This document shows, one piece after another, positions 9,609 through 18,754 of a stretch of DNA of 39,459 bases. The stretch lies in NCBI GenBank assembly GCA_037382065.1, contig JARRQF010000107.1, forward strand, positions 1-39,459. The letters are read 5' to 3'. This DNA comes from Candidatus Thiodiazotropha sp. (lineage in GTDB: Bacteria; Pseudomonadota; Gammaproteobacteria; Chromatiales; Chromatiaceae). The position numbers were made by a program, and so were the translations under genes. The notes below the pieces were generated by a model. That model worked only from the letters and a program-made list of their open reading frames with translations. It made no database searches and was not told the DNA's origin. Position 1 is the stretch's first letter; each line of letters starts with the position of its first letter.

Positions 9609-10873
9609 TATTCCTTACCCAGCACCAGTGCCGCCTTGAGGCCCGCCTTGCCATAGCGGGACATTTTCACAAATTGGTCTTTTTGAATCGGCATGTTAAT
9701 CGAATCAGAAGGGGTTTCACCAATGGGCTCGTCGACGAAGGGGTCATGCATATAGACAAAATGGTCATCGTACCCAGTCATGATGACCCAATGGGGTTCT
9801 CGCTCTCCGTAGATCATCCAGGAGCTGATCAGCACCAGCACCATGTTGCCATGGGAGACGAACCTCTCGATATCCTCCAGCGATAACGAACCATCGTGAA
9901 GCGGTACCCCTTGCTCTAGTGTGGTGCTTCATACAAATTGACGATGATAGCGTGACGCTAAGCGGTTAGCCGCTAGGCGCGTGCCGCCGGGAATGGCTTC
10001 TCCCTTTCCAAGGCGCGCAACAACGCGGATGTCTCCTGGCCTGAGCAGGCTTCTATCATCGTCAATTTGTATGAAGCACCACACTAGCAGCTCTTCGATC
10101 ATCTCCTCCTGCACTAATCGCATTACTTCCCGCTTGTCTTTGCTGCGTACCGTTTCGGCCAGTAGAATCCCCTGGTCATTTACATACACTGCTACCTTGA
10201 ACCCCCGGCTGGCGGCGGCCAGCGCCAGCCCATAGGGACCACAGCCTCCGTGGCCTGAGGTCATGAAGATGGTGGTCGCCTCCCGCCACAGGCGCAGCTC
10301 CAGGGTGCGGTTTAGTTCCAACGACGGATTAAGGGCGTGCATTGCCATCATCAGGGCAGCAGGTCCACAGGTGAAGTCCAGGGTTTGCTGGTAGTAATCG
10401 ACCTCATTCAACTGGGGCGAGATATCTGGATGCAGGCGCTTCTCCAGACGCCAGGCATCCATGTGATCCTCGTAATAGTCTTGCCATTCCCCAATCCTAC
10501 GATAACCCTGATGTTCGAAAAGGGTTAATGAGGCGGTGTTGTCCTTACGGATCTCCGCACGCATATAGGCACGGCGATGCGCCCAGGCACTCTTTTCTGC
10601 GGCCTCTAGCAGACATGTGCCAATCTTCTTGCCCTGTGAATTGGGATCCACCGCAATGGAATAGAGCCGAGCCATGGAGGTCGCCTTACTGATGAGCACA
10701 GCCACATAACCGGTCAGGCGATCTGCGTTATGGCCCTCGTTTACCAGCAGGGTTGCCTTTCCCTTGGTTAGTAGGTATCGAAATTGGCGGCGCGAAAGCC
10801 GATCCGTGGTGAAACAGAGATTCTCCAACCGCTCCAGTGAATCGATATCAGACAATTGGGCGGAGCGAATCAT
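9608..10873 (-). pseudogene. GNAT (RimI-like) plus C39-like (DUF3335-type) fusion, split by MITE-B
   Basis: YYQQTLDFTCGPAAL, ATTIFMTSGHGGC, PHWV, HDP; removing 168 bp rejoins ...EELL-EQGVPLHDG...NMVLVLISSW in frame (365 aa). Confidence 0.9.
9920..10083. mobile_element. MITE-B full copy (164 bp)
   Basis: About 31-bp TIR TGTGGTGCTTCATACAAATTGACGATGATAG; CTAG at 9916-9919 and 10084-10087. Confidence 0.93.
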
Positions 10874-11052
10874 GGCGCCCTGCTGGGAAAGAAATCATTA
10901 ACCCATTTAATTACCATATCCAGTCACCATAGAGTGGTAAGCCGCCGAACACGATCCGGTCTGCCTCCCCACACAACGGGCCGCTCGGCGGTTCAAAGAC
11001 CCTACAAATCTCAAAAACGGGGATCCGCCATCAGATGGATGGCATGGTGAAA

Positions 11053-11196
11053 TTAGGCGGTGAAGCGGTCGCTGTCAATCATTTCCGACACGATTGGCAG
11101 TTTGTGATGAAGACGTACCGCATTGCTGTCTTGGAGTTTTAAATTTAGCTCCGGATGGGAAAATAGGAGCTGATAACTGTGATCATGGTGATTCAT
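11053..11196 (-). pseudogene. Rpn/YhgA-like (transposase_31) N-terminal relic, 47 codons
   Basis: MNHHDHSYQLLFSHPE resembles the conserved Rpn N-terminus; the rest is unrelated. Confidence 0.55.
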
Positions 11197-11209
11197 GGAA
11201 CTCGTCTAG

Positions 11210-11332
11210 TGTGGTGCTTCATACAAATTGACGATGATAGCGTGACGCTAAGCGGTTAGCCGCTAGGCGCGTGCCGCCGGGAATGGCTTCTCCCTTTCCA
11301 AGGCGCGCAACAACGCGGATGGAAGCACCACA
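11210..11332. mobile_element. MITE-B with 41-bp internal deletion
   Basis: Otherwise identical to the 9920 copy; CTAG 11206-11209 and 11333-11336. Confidence 0.9.
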
Positions 11333-11343
11333 CTAGCATCCCG

Positions 11344-12588
11344 TTAACCTTCTAAACACTGAATGGCGTCGTAGTACTTTTCGTAGTCATATGCGATAAG
11401 AAGATAGTCTACTGAGGATTCAAATGACTGTTTGATACTCTTGCAAAATCCGCGATGATAGATTGCTCCCATTGTCATATCGTCAGTGATTAAAATATTA
11501 TGCATCTTAAGCCTCTCTTTAATCAGATTATGAATAACCTTGTATGAGGTTGACACCGGATGATCAGAGTCTACAGCTGCAAGGGTGACATGGGATAACA
11601 TGACCCATGATTGGGTTGTCGTGGCCAGTCTTGCAAATGGAATGAGATCTCGGTGCCCCAACTCATCAAGCGAATCATCTAATACAGCAGCAAAATAGTG
11701 CGTATCCTCATGAACTCTCGCCAATCCTGGAAAGTGTTTCAATGTAGCTACCACACCTTCGCTTTCCAACCCTCTGATGTATTCAAGAGATACCTCCACC
11801 ACATCCAAAGGATTTGAGGATATGGCACGCGTTCCAATCAAAGTATGAAAATCAAAACCACTGGGCGGAAAATCTGGTATAAGATCCACCACCGGACTGA
11901 AATTCACCGTCACACCCAAACGCCTTAAAGATTCTCCTTGCCGCTTTCCATATTCAAACGCTGATTCTCCCTTTTGATGGATTCGTGCAAGCGTTTCCTG
12001 TTTGGCAATCAAAGGCGATAGTCTCGATACCGGGCCTCCCTCCTGATCTGTCGCCACGATCAGCGCAGGCAACCCATGAGCCTTTCTAACCTCCTGCAGC
12101 TTCGCAATAAACCCTTGCAAGGATTCAAATGTCTCTCCTTTAATGTTTCTTTGAGTTAAAAATATACCTGCTATTCCATTTTCAGCTAACTTTGTCACTT
12201 CAGTGACATCGCTATAGCCAACAATGAACTTGCGATTTAACGCCAGTATCTGCTGTGAGGGATCTGATAAGATCTGTTGCTTGGCGCTTTCATAGCAATA
12301 GTCGCTATACACAACATAGATCGCAAATACCGGGATAATCCAAGAACTTGATCGCCTCAGAAGGGATGGGCTGTAAATTCTACTCAGAGTCCATACCAAG
12401 GCAACGGCGAAAAGATATAGGGGAATTTCAAAATCGCGGATACTCATTAGAAGCGGATTTCGAAAATTAAATGCCCAGACCCCGGTCACGAGGATGAAGG
12501 CAAGCGCTATCAGATCATAGGTAATCCTAATAACTCTCAAGCCCACGGAATCTCTTAGATTAATAACTATTTTCATGGGGAGTTCCAT
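11344..12588 (-). CDS. Membrane-anchored GH3 (NagZ-like beta-N-acetylhexosaminidase)
   Basis: N-terminal TM helices; DQEGG, SPVVD, KHFPGxxxxxxDTH, ITDDMTM. Confidence 0.82.
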   Translation of the reverse strand: MELPMKIVINLRDSVGLRVIRITYDLIALAFILVTGVWAFNFRNPLLMSIRDFEIPLYLFAVALVWTLSRIYSPSLLRRSSSWIIPVFAIYVVYSDYCYESAKQQILSDPSQQILALNRKFIVGYSDVTEVTKLAENGIAGIFLTQRNIKGETFESLQGFIAKLQEVRKAHGLPALIVATDQEGGPVSRLSPLIAKQETLARIHQKGESAFEYGKRQGESLRRLGVTVNFSPVVDLIPDFPPSGFDFHTLIGTRAISSNPLDVVEVSLEYIRGLESEGVVATLKHFPGLARVHEDTHYFAAVLDDSLDELGHRDLIPFARLATTTQSWVMLSHVTLAAVDSDHPVSTSYKVIHNLIKERLKMHNILITDDMTMGAIYHRGFCKSIKQSFESSVDYLLIAYDYEKYYDAIQCLEG

Positions 12589-12667
12589 GATTTCACCCTA
12601 TCGTCGTACAAATCTAGTTCATGTGTATAGATATTCACGCAGAGAGAGAACGAGAAGGGAGGAGCAT

Positions 12668-13192
12668 TTATTCTATTTTGTCCCATTTACTTCTATGAGT
12701 TTGTATGTCTCGGTACCCAAGGTATAGTGCACTCGCAACAATCCCCATCTCGACCGCAAATGCCCAGTTGAATAAAATATTCATCCACCAGTGTCCATAT
12801 CTCATACTTGATGTGTTTAAGGTAAATGACCCGTCAATAAAAGGCGCAAACCACCAGATATCTCCAGTCATGGTGTCAAGCAATATATGCACAAAACCAT
12901 TGAGTGAAAATACGAATAAATAGAGTGAAAACCGTCTCCACAGACCGCAGGATCGCAGCCCAATAGAAACAAATAGAAACGATATCCAGACAATCGGAAG
13001 ATGGGTCCAGTAGGTATGGTGGTGCCGGTACGTATGTGCAAAAAAGTAGGCATATAATAGATCAAGATCCGGTGCAATAGAACCGAATAGTCCAGCCAAC
13101 AGTACCCACTTTAAAGTGACATTCCAAGAACCTAGCCGATAAACCACTAGTCTAGATACGAGATACCCAGCAGGTAGGTGAGCCACGATCAT
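12668..13192 (-). CDS. YdjM-like membrane metal-dependent hydrolase
   Basis: AHLPAGY, APDLD, HHTYWTH, HILLD. Confidence 0.8.
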   Translation of the reverse strand: MIVAHLPAGYLVSRLVVYRLGSWNVTLKWVLLAGLFGSIAPDLDLLYAYFFAHTYRHHHTYWTHLPIVWISFLFVSIGLRSCGLWRRFSLYLFVFSLNGFVHILLDTMTGDIWWFAPFIDGSFTLNTSSMRYGHWWMNILFNWAFAVEMGIVASALYLGYRDIQTHRSKWDKIE

Positions 13193-13445
13193 TATCTATC
13201 CCACTTATTCAAATTCTAAAACCTCGATACATGCTACCCCCTTCACTGCAAGCGGAGTGATACTTATGCACTTTGGTGCTATTGGATTCAGCAGTTATTA
13301 ATCCGTTACCTAAATATGCCTGCCTGCAGACTGCGTTATCAAAACTGGTTGTAGGGTGGCTACAGCGGTATTTTGATGCCTTGCTGTGGGCAGGCGCACT
13401 TCGGCTGAATATGCTATCTTTAGGGGCCGGATTAATAAACTTAAA

Positions 13446-13722
13446 CCTAAAAAAATCAGTTGACCGCTCCATTCTAATAACAGGTATCTGATTCTGAAAA
13501 AATAGCTTCGATGGTTATGGTCACCTATTGGGTGAGTCACGCTACAGCGCGAATGGCACGCTTGTGGCGGCGTTGCAACTCCTTGGAATAGCGGGCTATT
13601 GTGCGTCGTTGCGCGCCGTGCATGGATGCACAAGTGTCGCGGGCACATGGATGTGCAGGAGCGACTCTTGCCCTGTACCACCACAAACGCACCCTTCACG
13701 CTGCCCAACTGATCTTTTTAGG
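13446..13722. mobile_element. MITE-A full copy (277 bp)
   Basis: TIRs at both ends; TTAAA at 13441-13445 and 13723-13727. Confidence 0.93.
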
Positions 13723-15102
13723 TTAAACGTTACCGACCTCATCTGCAGCTTTCCTGACCGATAGTCTCGCGGTTAAATTATCCGTAACCTCATACCAGTC
13801 GAGTCGTCGTGTCACCACCATCACCAGACTGAGGACACCAAAGATCAGCAGGGAGCCCATCAGCAATGAACTGTCCTCTGCGCTTAGGATTCCGTAGAGG
13901 GTGCCATACAGCAGCAGCAATTCAGCGGTTAATATTCCGCCATGTTTCACTGAATTAAAAACACTACTGACATAGAAACCGATTAACAGGGTGGATGCGA
14001 GACTGGCCGTGCAATAGGCAAAGACAAAGGACATATGTTCGGACAGCGAGATCAATAGCAGATAAAACACGCTCAGTCCCAATCCCACCAATAGATACTG
14101 CATCGGATGCATACGCAGACCTTTCATGACTTCATAGAGAAAGAAGCTGCCAAAGGTCAAACCAATGAACATCAATGCATATTTTACAGAACGCTCACTT
14201 TGTTGGTAGATGTCAACCGAGTTGAATAACCTGACACCGAAACGCTCTTGAGCCAGTGCAGAGCAGTCCCCCTCCTGACAACTCTCAAGATACCTGGGCA
14301 CATCACTGGAAAATGATGAGAGATTCCATTTAGCATGGAAGCCCTCAAGATCGATCTCATGACTCGACGGCAGGTAGCGACCGATAAAACTGGGATCGGG
14401 CCAGTCTGCCTTAAGACGAATACTGGTACTCTTTCCTAAGGGCGCGAACGATAGCGTCTCCATACCATTCAAATGTAGATCGAAGCTAAAATCTGCCAAG
14501 CCCCCCTGCGCCTGTACCTGTCCTAGGTTGGCGTGCATGCCATTACGAATTCCATCCACCAGCGTATCGGGATTAAATGGTATCGTTTGATTGCGCCACT
14601 TCAGCGAAGGCTGTACCTCAACCCCACGGGTGTCGCTGATTGACACCGAAAGCTTCGCCTCCTGCCACTCGATCTGATGCTCAGTTTTGGTGGCGACTTC
14701 ATCAATTACGGATAGATCAAAGCTACCTGTCACAGCAAGCTGGCTGCGATACACCGGCACTTCATAGATTCCCCGCTTGCGGGTTTCGGTCGCCACCTCG
14801 CCATCCACCACCAAGTTTTCGGGAGCGATCAGTAAACGCCGGTCGAGAACCCGTTCCTCTTCTTCATAGCGCTTCGCCTCATTATTCCACTGCTTGACTG
14901 TGAATAGCTCTTTATAGGACAGTATCAACAGCGGCCCAAGCACTTGTTGTTCACTAGTCCAACTTTGCGCGATGCTATAGCGGGCCTCTTCCCGGTAAGA
15001 ACTGCGTTCTTTGACTACGTCTTCGATCATGATCAAGGGAATCATCAGCAGGGCGCTCAATAGCACAATGACCATAACTTTCTTAACCAATGGATGTTTC
15101 AT
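13723..15102 (-). CDS. creD: Inner membrane protein CreD
   Basis: RKRGIY, WPDPSFIGRYLP, ERSVKYA, HPMQYLLVG, LSLSEH-like, TRRLDWY; downstream of creBC. Confidence 0.93.
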   Translation of the reverse strand: MKHPLVKKVMVIVLLSALLMIPLIMIEDVVKERSSYREEARYSIAQSWTSEQQVLGPLLILSYKELFTVKQWNNEAKRYEEEERVLDRRLLIAPENLVVDGEVATETRKRGIYEVPVYRSQLAVTGSFDLSVIDEVATKTEHQIEWQEAKLSVSISDTRGVEVQPSLKWRNQTIPFNPDTLVDGIRNGMHANLGQVQAQGGLADFSFDLHLNGMETLSFAPLGKSTSIRLKADWPDPSFIGRYLPSSHEIDLEGFHAKWNLSSFSSDVPRYLESCQEGDCSALAQERFGVRLFNSVDIYQQSERSVKYALMFIGLTFGSFFLYEVMKGLRMHPMQYLLVGLGLSVFYLLLISLSEHMSFVFAYCTASLASTLLIGFYVSSVFNSVKHGGILTAELLLLYGTLYGILSAEDSSLLMGSLLIFGVLSLVMVVTRRLDWYEVTDNLTARLSVRKAADEVGNV

Positions 15103-15145
15103 TATCGTCTCCTTGTGTAACTTGGGGAGACTCTACATGGTGATT

Positions 15146-15173
15146 ATGTGGTGTTGATGTGGGGAGTGTGTGC
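15146..15173. promoter_or_regulatory. 11-bp-periodic direct repeats, candidate CreB box
   Basis: ATGTGG 15146, ATGTGG 15157, GTGTGC 15168 upstream of creD; spacing as in the cre-tag but sequence differs. Confidence 0.45.
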
Positions 15174-15196
15174 GAATCAGATTCGCAATAGGAGTG

Positions 15197-16648
15197 TTAG
15201 AATTCAGATGCAGACAAGGCGGGGTTCACGGGTATTGATAGGTGGGCAATAACCCCCCCTTCGGGATGATTCTCCAGGCGGATCCGCCCGCCATGCAATT
15301 GCGCAACTTCTTGCACAAAGCTAAGACCCAGACCACTGCTGCGGACGCCTCCGTTTGGTCTCGGCAAAGAGTAGAAACGCTCGAATATTCTGGATAGGGC
15401 ATAATCCGGAACGCCGGGACCGTGATCCCGAACCTGAAACTCCCACAGCCCATCTGTAGTATGGCTGTCGAGATGAATCGTCCCGCCGGAGGGACTAAAA
15501 TCGATAGCGTTGTCGATCAGGTTACCCAAGGCCTGTTGCAAAAGAAAGCGCTCGGCGACCAGCTTGGCCCGCCGCTCCAATTCACACTCGAAGCGGATCT
15601 CTTCCCGATCCACGCGCCACCACCGTTCTTCACATAAGGTCTCGATCAAACCGACCGTATCCACCGGTTGTGGATCGATTAACCCTTGGCGCTTCTCCAG
15701 CGCTGCCAGGCGCAATAGTTGCTCTACTACCTGTCGAAGACGTTCCGCCTCGGCTCTAATGTTGGTGATAAAGCGTTGGCGATCGGGCAATGACATCGCT
15801 TCATTGAGCAGTTCTGCGGTGCCCTGAATCGCAGCCAGAGGACTTTTTAACTCATGGGTTAAACTGTGCAGGTAGTGTTCCACGTAATCCTTACCCTCCA
15901 GCTCCCGGCGCATCGCCTCCATCGCCTCAGCCAACTGCGCCAGTTCACCCTCACGCAAGCGCGGTACCTTGGGCCGTCCACCTTCGCGCACCTGCCGCGC
16001 ATAAGCGGTAAGCTGGCGTATGGAGGTGGTGAGCCAGTAGGTGATGAGCAGCCCCAGGGCAAGGGCGGCCAGAATGATCAAGCCTCCCTTCTCTTCAATA
16101 TTATTCACAACGCTTTCCACAAACGGTTGAACCGCCACGCTGGGTTTTCCCACGGTCACTACACCGATGAGTTGGCCAGCCCGCCGTATCGGTGCTGCCA
16201 CATACATAATGCTGCTGAAAGCGTCTTTACTCACCTCCTGGGTAGTACGTGCACCGTACTCCCCGCGCAGAGTGAGGTAGACATCGTTCCATTGAGAGTA
16301 GTCTTTGCCCAGATCTCGTCCCTGAGAGTGATAACGCACGATACCCTGAGCATCAGTGACATAAACGATCAGATTGGGATCACGTTTCTTAAAAAACCAG
16401 ATACGCGCATCAAGCCGTCGCTGGGAAAAGGCCCGCATGGCGCTTTCGAAACGTCCGCCTTGCAGAGTCTCCTTATCCATTTCATCAACAATCAGCTCTG
16501 CCACCAGATTGGCGGTGTCTACCAGCACCTCTTCCAATGATTGACGCATTCCAGGCACCAGTTCCGCCGAGAAACTACGCATGACAAACCAGATGGCGAA
16601 CCCAAGGAGCAGAAAATAGGCTAAAAAGATACGTACACTAAGATTCAC
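15197..16648 (-). CDS. creC: Sensor histidine kinase CreC
   Basis: Probable GTG 16648 overlapping creB end; DYSQWNDVYLTLRGEYGAR, LTHELKSPL, FERFYSLPRP. Confidence 0.92.
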   Translation of the reverse strand: MNLSVRIFLAYFLLLGFAIWFVMRSFSAELVPGMRQSLEEVLVDTANLVAELIVDEMDKETLQGGRFESAMRAFSQRRLDARIWFFKKRDPNLIVYVTDAQGIVRYHSQGRDLGKDYSQWNDVYLTLRGEYGARTTQEVSKDAFSSIMYVAAPIRRAGQLIGVVTVGKPSVAVQPFVESVVNNIEEKGGLIILAALALGLLITYWLTTSIRQLTAYARQVREGGRPKVPRLREGELAQLAEAMEAMRRELEGKDYVEHYLHSLTHELKSPLAAIQGTAELLNEAMSLPDRQRFITNIRAEAERLRQVVEQLLRLAALEKRQGLIDPQPVDTVGLIETLCEERWWRVDREEIRFECELERRAKLVAERFLLQQALGNLIDNAIDFSPSGGTIHLDSHTTDGLWEFQVRDHGPGVPDYALSRIFERFYSLPRPNGGVRSSGLGLSFVQEVAQLHGGRIRLENHPEGGVIAHLSIPVNPALSASEF

Positions 16649-17342
16649 AAACAGTGCCGCTGATGCTGTAACCCATGCCACGATGGGTCTGGATGGGATT
16701 CTCATCCTCATTGACTTCACGTAGTTTGGCGCGCAGAGTTTTAATGTGGGTATCCACTGCGCGTTCCAGACTGTCACCCGGGTCACTCCAGACCTGCTCC
16801 ATGATCTGGTTCCGGGTGTAAATTCGTTCCGGATGTCTCAGTAGCGTTCGCAAAACCTCATACTCGTAGCGGGTTAGATCGAGCCAAACCTGATGATAGC
16901 GAATACGGCAGCGTGCCAAGTCAACCTCAAAAAGAGTTTGTTGCGCAGGCTCGACAGCTGAGGTAATACGGCCGCGCTTGAGGATCGCCTTGACCCGTGC
17001 GGTTAACTCCCTGGGACTGAAAGGTTTGCCCATATAATCATCGCCACCGATCTCAAGCCCGACGATGCGGTCCACCTCTTCGTTGCGAGCAGTGAGAAAG
17101 ATAATGGGTATTTCCGAAAAGCGCCGAATCTCCTTACAGAACTCAAAGCCATTGCCATCGGGGAGGCCGACATCCAGGATTAATAAAGTTGTCTCCGGAT
17201 GCTGACGTAGCCATGCGATACCCTCCCTCCCGAGACGATGCCACTCGGAACCGAAGCCCTCGCTTTTCAAGGCATACAGCACCATATCCGCAATAGCGGA
17301 CTCGTCTTCGATTAGCAATACAACTGGAAATGAATTATTCAT
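16638..17342 (-). CDS. creB: Response regulator CreB
   Basis: Probable ATG 17342; LDVGLPD receiver, winged helix ending THRGMGYS; synteny. Confidence 0.9.
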   Translation of the reverse strand: MNNSFPVVLLIEDESAIADMVLYALKSEGFGSEWHRLGREGIAWLRQHPETTLLILDVGLPDGNGFEFCKEIRRFSEIPIIFLTARNEEVDRIVGLEIGGDDYMGKPFSPRELTARVKAILKRGRITSAVEPAQQTLFEVDLARCRIRYHQVWLDLTRYEYEVLRTLLRHPERIYTRNQIMEQVWSDPGDSLERAVDTHIKTLRAKLREVNEDENPIQTHRGMGYSISGTVCES

Positions 17343-17445
17343 AAATCTCTCAAGTGGCTTTATCTTGCTCGGGATAAGTCGTGACACGAAAAGAAAGAAA
17401 CAGCTCGTCTCCGGTGCCAATCGATTTACTGGGACAGCACAAAAG

Positions 17446-17856
17446 CTAGAGAATTCTTAACTTCAATCGGAAGAGTCGGTAAAAATAGACCACAAATATT
17501 ACTGAAAAGATAAAGTCTCCGATAATGATGATAAGAGCGTAGGAGCTGGCAATACCTGCCAGAAAAAGCTTTAACATAGTTATGGCATAACCAACCTTTC
17601 CTATTCCTCCTACAATCACGATTCCTGTATGTCGCAAGGGATCCTTTGCGACAATAAAATAGCCAAAGAAATAGACAAGGGTTGTTCCCCAGGCTCCGTG
17701 GTAAATGGCATAAAAAAGAGGATCGGTCAATTCTCTACCAAAGAGACCCTGAAACGTATACTCCGTGTTTAGATAGCCGAAGATTACCCCAATCATATTC
17801 CAAAGGGCAGCTACTATAAAAAATATCTGGAATAATACAAACTCTTTCTTTTCCAT
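17446..17856 (-). CDS. Hypothetical 4-TM membrane protein (136 aa)
   Basis: Start at MEKKEF; hydrophobic helices; ORF extension upstream is a transposase relic. Confidence 0.7.
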   Translation of the reverse strand: MEKKEFVLFQIFFIVAALWNMIGVIFGYLNTEYTFQGLFGRELTDPLFYAIYHGAWGTTLVYFFGYFIVAKDPLRHTGIVIVGGIGKVGYAITMLKLFLAGIASSYALIIIIGDFIFSVIFVVYFYRLFRLKLRIL

Positions 17857-17916
17857 AAGGCTCTTTCTCTCTAAATTTAACAAACCGCACGAAATTCTCC
17901 ACCCATAGCGCTCTTG

Positions 17917-18003
17917 CTTCTTGATGAATTTGCTTGGCATGATGTTGGGATGCATATCCAGCAATAAATGAACGTGATCGGCTTCCCCGCCAAACTCATC
18001 AAG
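17917..18003 (-). pseudogene. IS200/IS605 TnpA (Y1 HUH) internal fragment
   Basis: LDEFGGEADHVHLLLDMHPNIMPSKFIKK with DHVH HUH motif. Confidence 0.7.
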
Positions 18004-18067
18004 GCTCGGTTTTAATTATCTCGCGTATTTTAACCTAAAAATACTGTCAGGCGCCTTCCTGGGGCAC

Positions 18068-18575
18068 CCAGGGCAATTGCACTACGTTGATCTTATGGGA
18101 CTCGTTGAGAAATCCACTCAATCTCAGAAAGCGGCAGGCATTCGTATGACACATTTAAGGAATGAAATGTAGGATGTGGTGAGGTACGAACCGCATCATG
18201 GATGTTCGTGAGCCACCCCACGATTGATGCGGTTCGCACCGCTCACTGCATCCTATGCAATCACGAATTTTATCGCGTATTCAACAAGAGTGACCTATCG
18301 GTTTAAAAACACCATGGAATATCTCACTCAAATATTGGCACAACATCGAAAATCATGATGCGGTTCGTGCCTCACCACACCCTACGACTTTTGCGAATAT
18401 TTGCGGCATGCTTTTACAACACCCTCCCTTGCGGGAGAGGGCCGGGATGAGGGGGATCCAATAACCGATGAGCTCGCTAAACTTCTCAACCAAACCTAAA
18501 TACTTCGCAACATTTTTATGGCGATTTGTTTCGATTATGCACGAAAACGAGTCCTTTGTAGTGCAATTGTCCTGG
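18068..18575. mobile_element. Composite MITE-like element D carrying three REPs
   Basis: Terminal IR CCAGGGCAATTGCACTAC / GTAGTGCAATTGTCCTGG; REPs at 18169-18198, 18225-18256, 18356-18385. Confidence 0.8.
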
Positions 18576-18681
18576 CCTGTGAAGTGAGTGGTGCTGTTAG
18601 GCGTCTTCCTGGGGCACCTTCTTTGGGCGCAACTCGGAGGCATGGGAATGAGACGCCTGGAAACCCTTCTTTAACCCTATT

Positions 18682-18698
18682 CTTAAGAAGTGTTTAAG
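18682..18698 (+). promoter_or_regulatory. PmrA/QseB-type OmpR-family box upstream of the cytochrome
   Basis: CTTAAG-N5-TTTAAG. Confidence 0.5.
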
Positions 18699-18754
18699 AT
18701 TTCTCTGGTTCAATCCAATTAGCGAATAGACAACTAACCCACTGGAGCAGGATC

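Noticed and set aside
9929-9931. In-frame TGA as selenocysteine
   Set aside because: It is part of the MITE TIR, not a catalytic position, and no SECIS is evident
8145-10873. Graspetide/microviridin RiPP cluster
   Set aside because: No precursor peptide; RLAN-RimK plus GNAT-peptidase is a known widespread pair
13209-13764. ORFs in MITE-A (also 448-672, 7835-8067, 36159-36497, 37405-37785)
   Set aside because: Translations of the repeat on both strands; no protein motifs
15866-16540. 224-aa antisense ORF and other shadow ORFs over GC-rich genes
   Set aside because: Opposite or overlapping well-supported genes; no motifs
16649-16786. Long N-terminal extensions of creC (and of creB 17343-17420, kinase 31749-31889)
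   Set aside because: Overlap neighbours or promoters; homology-like sequence begins at later starts
18169-18385. REP units as a CRISPR array
   Set aside because: Inverted orientation, conserved spacers, irregular spacing, no cas genes
18353-18643. ORFs in D/REP/B repeats (also 1117-1314, 20768-21103, 27604-27810, 28463-28812)
   Set aside because: Lie within repeat DNA
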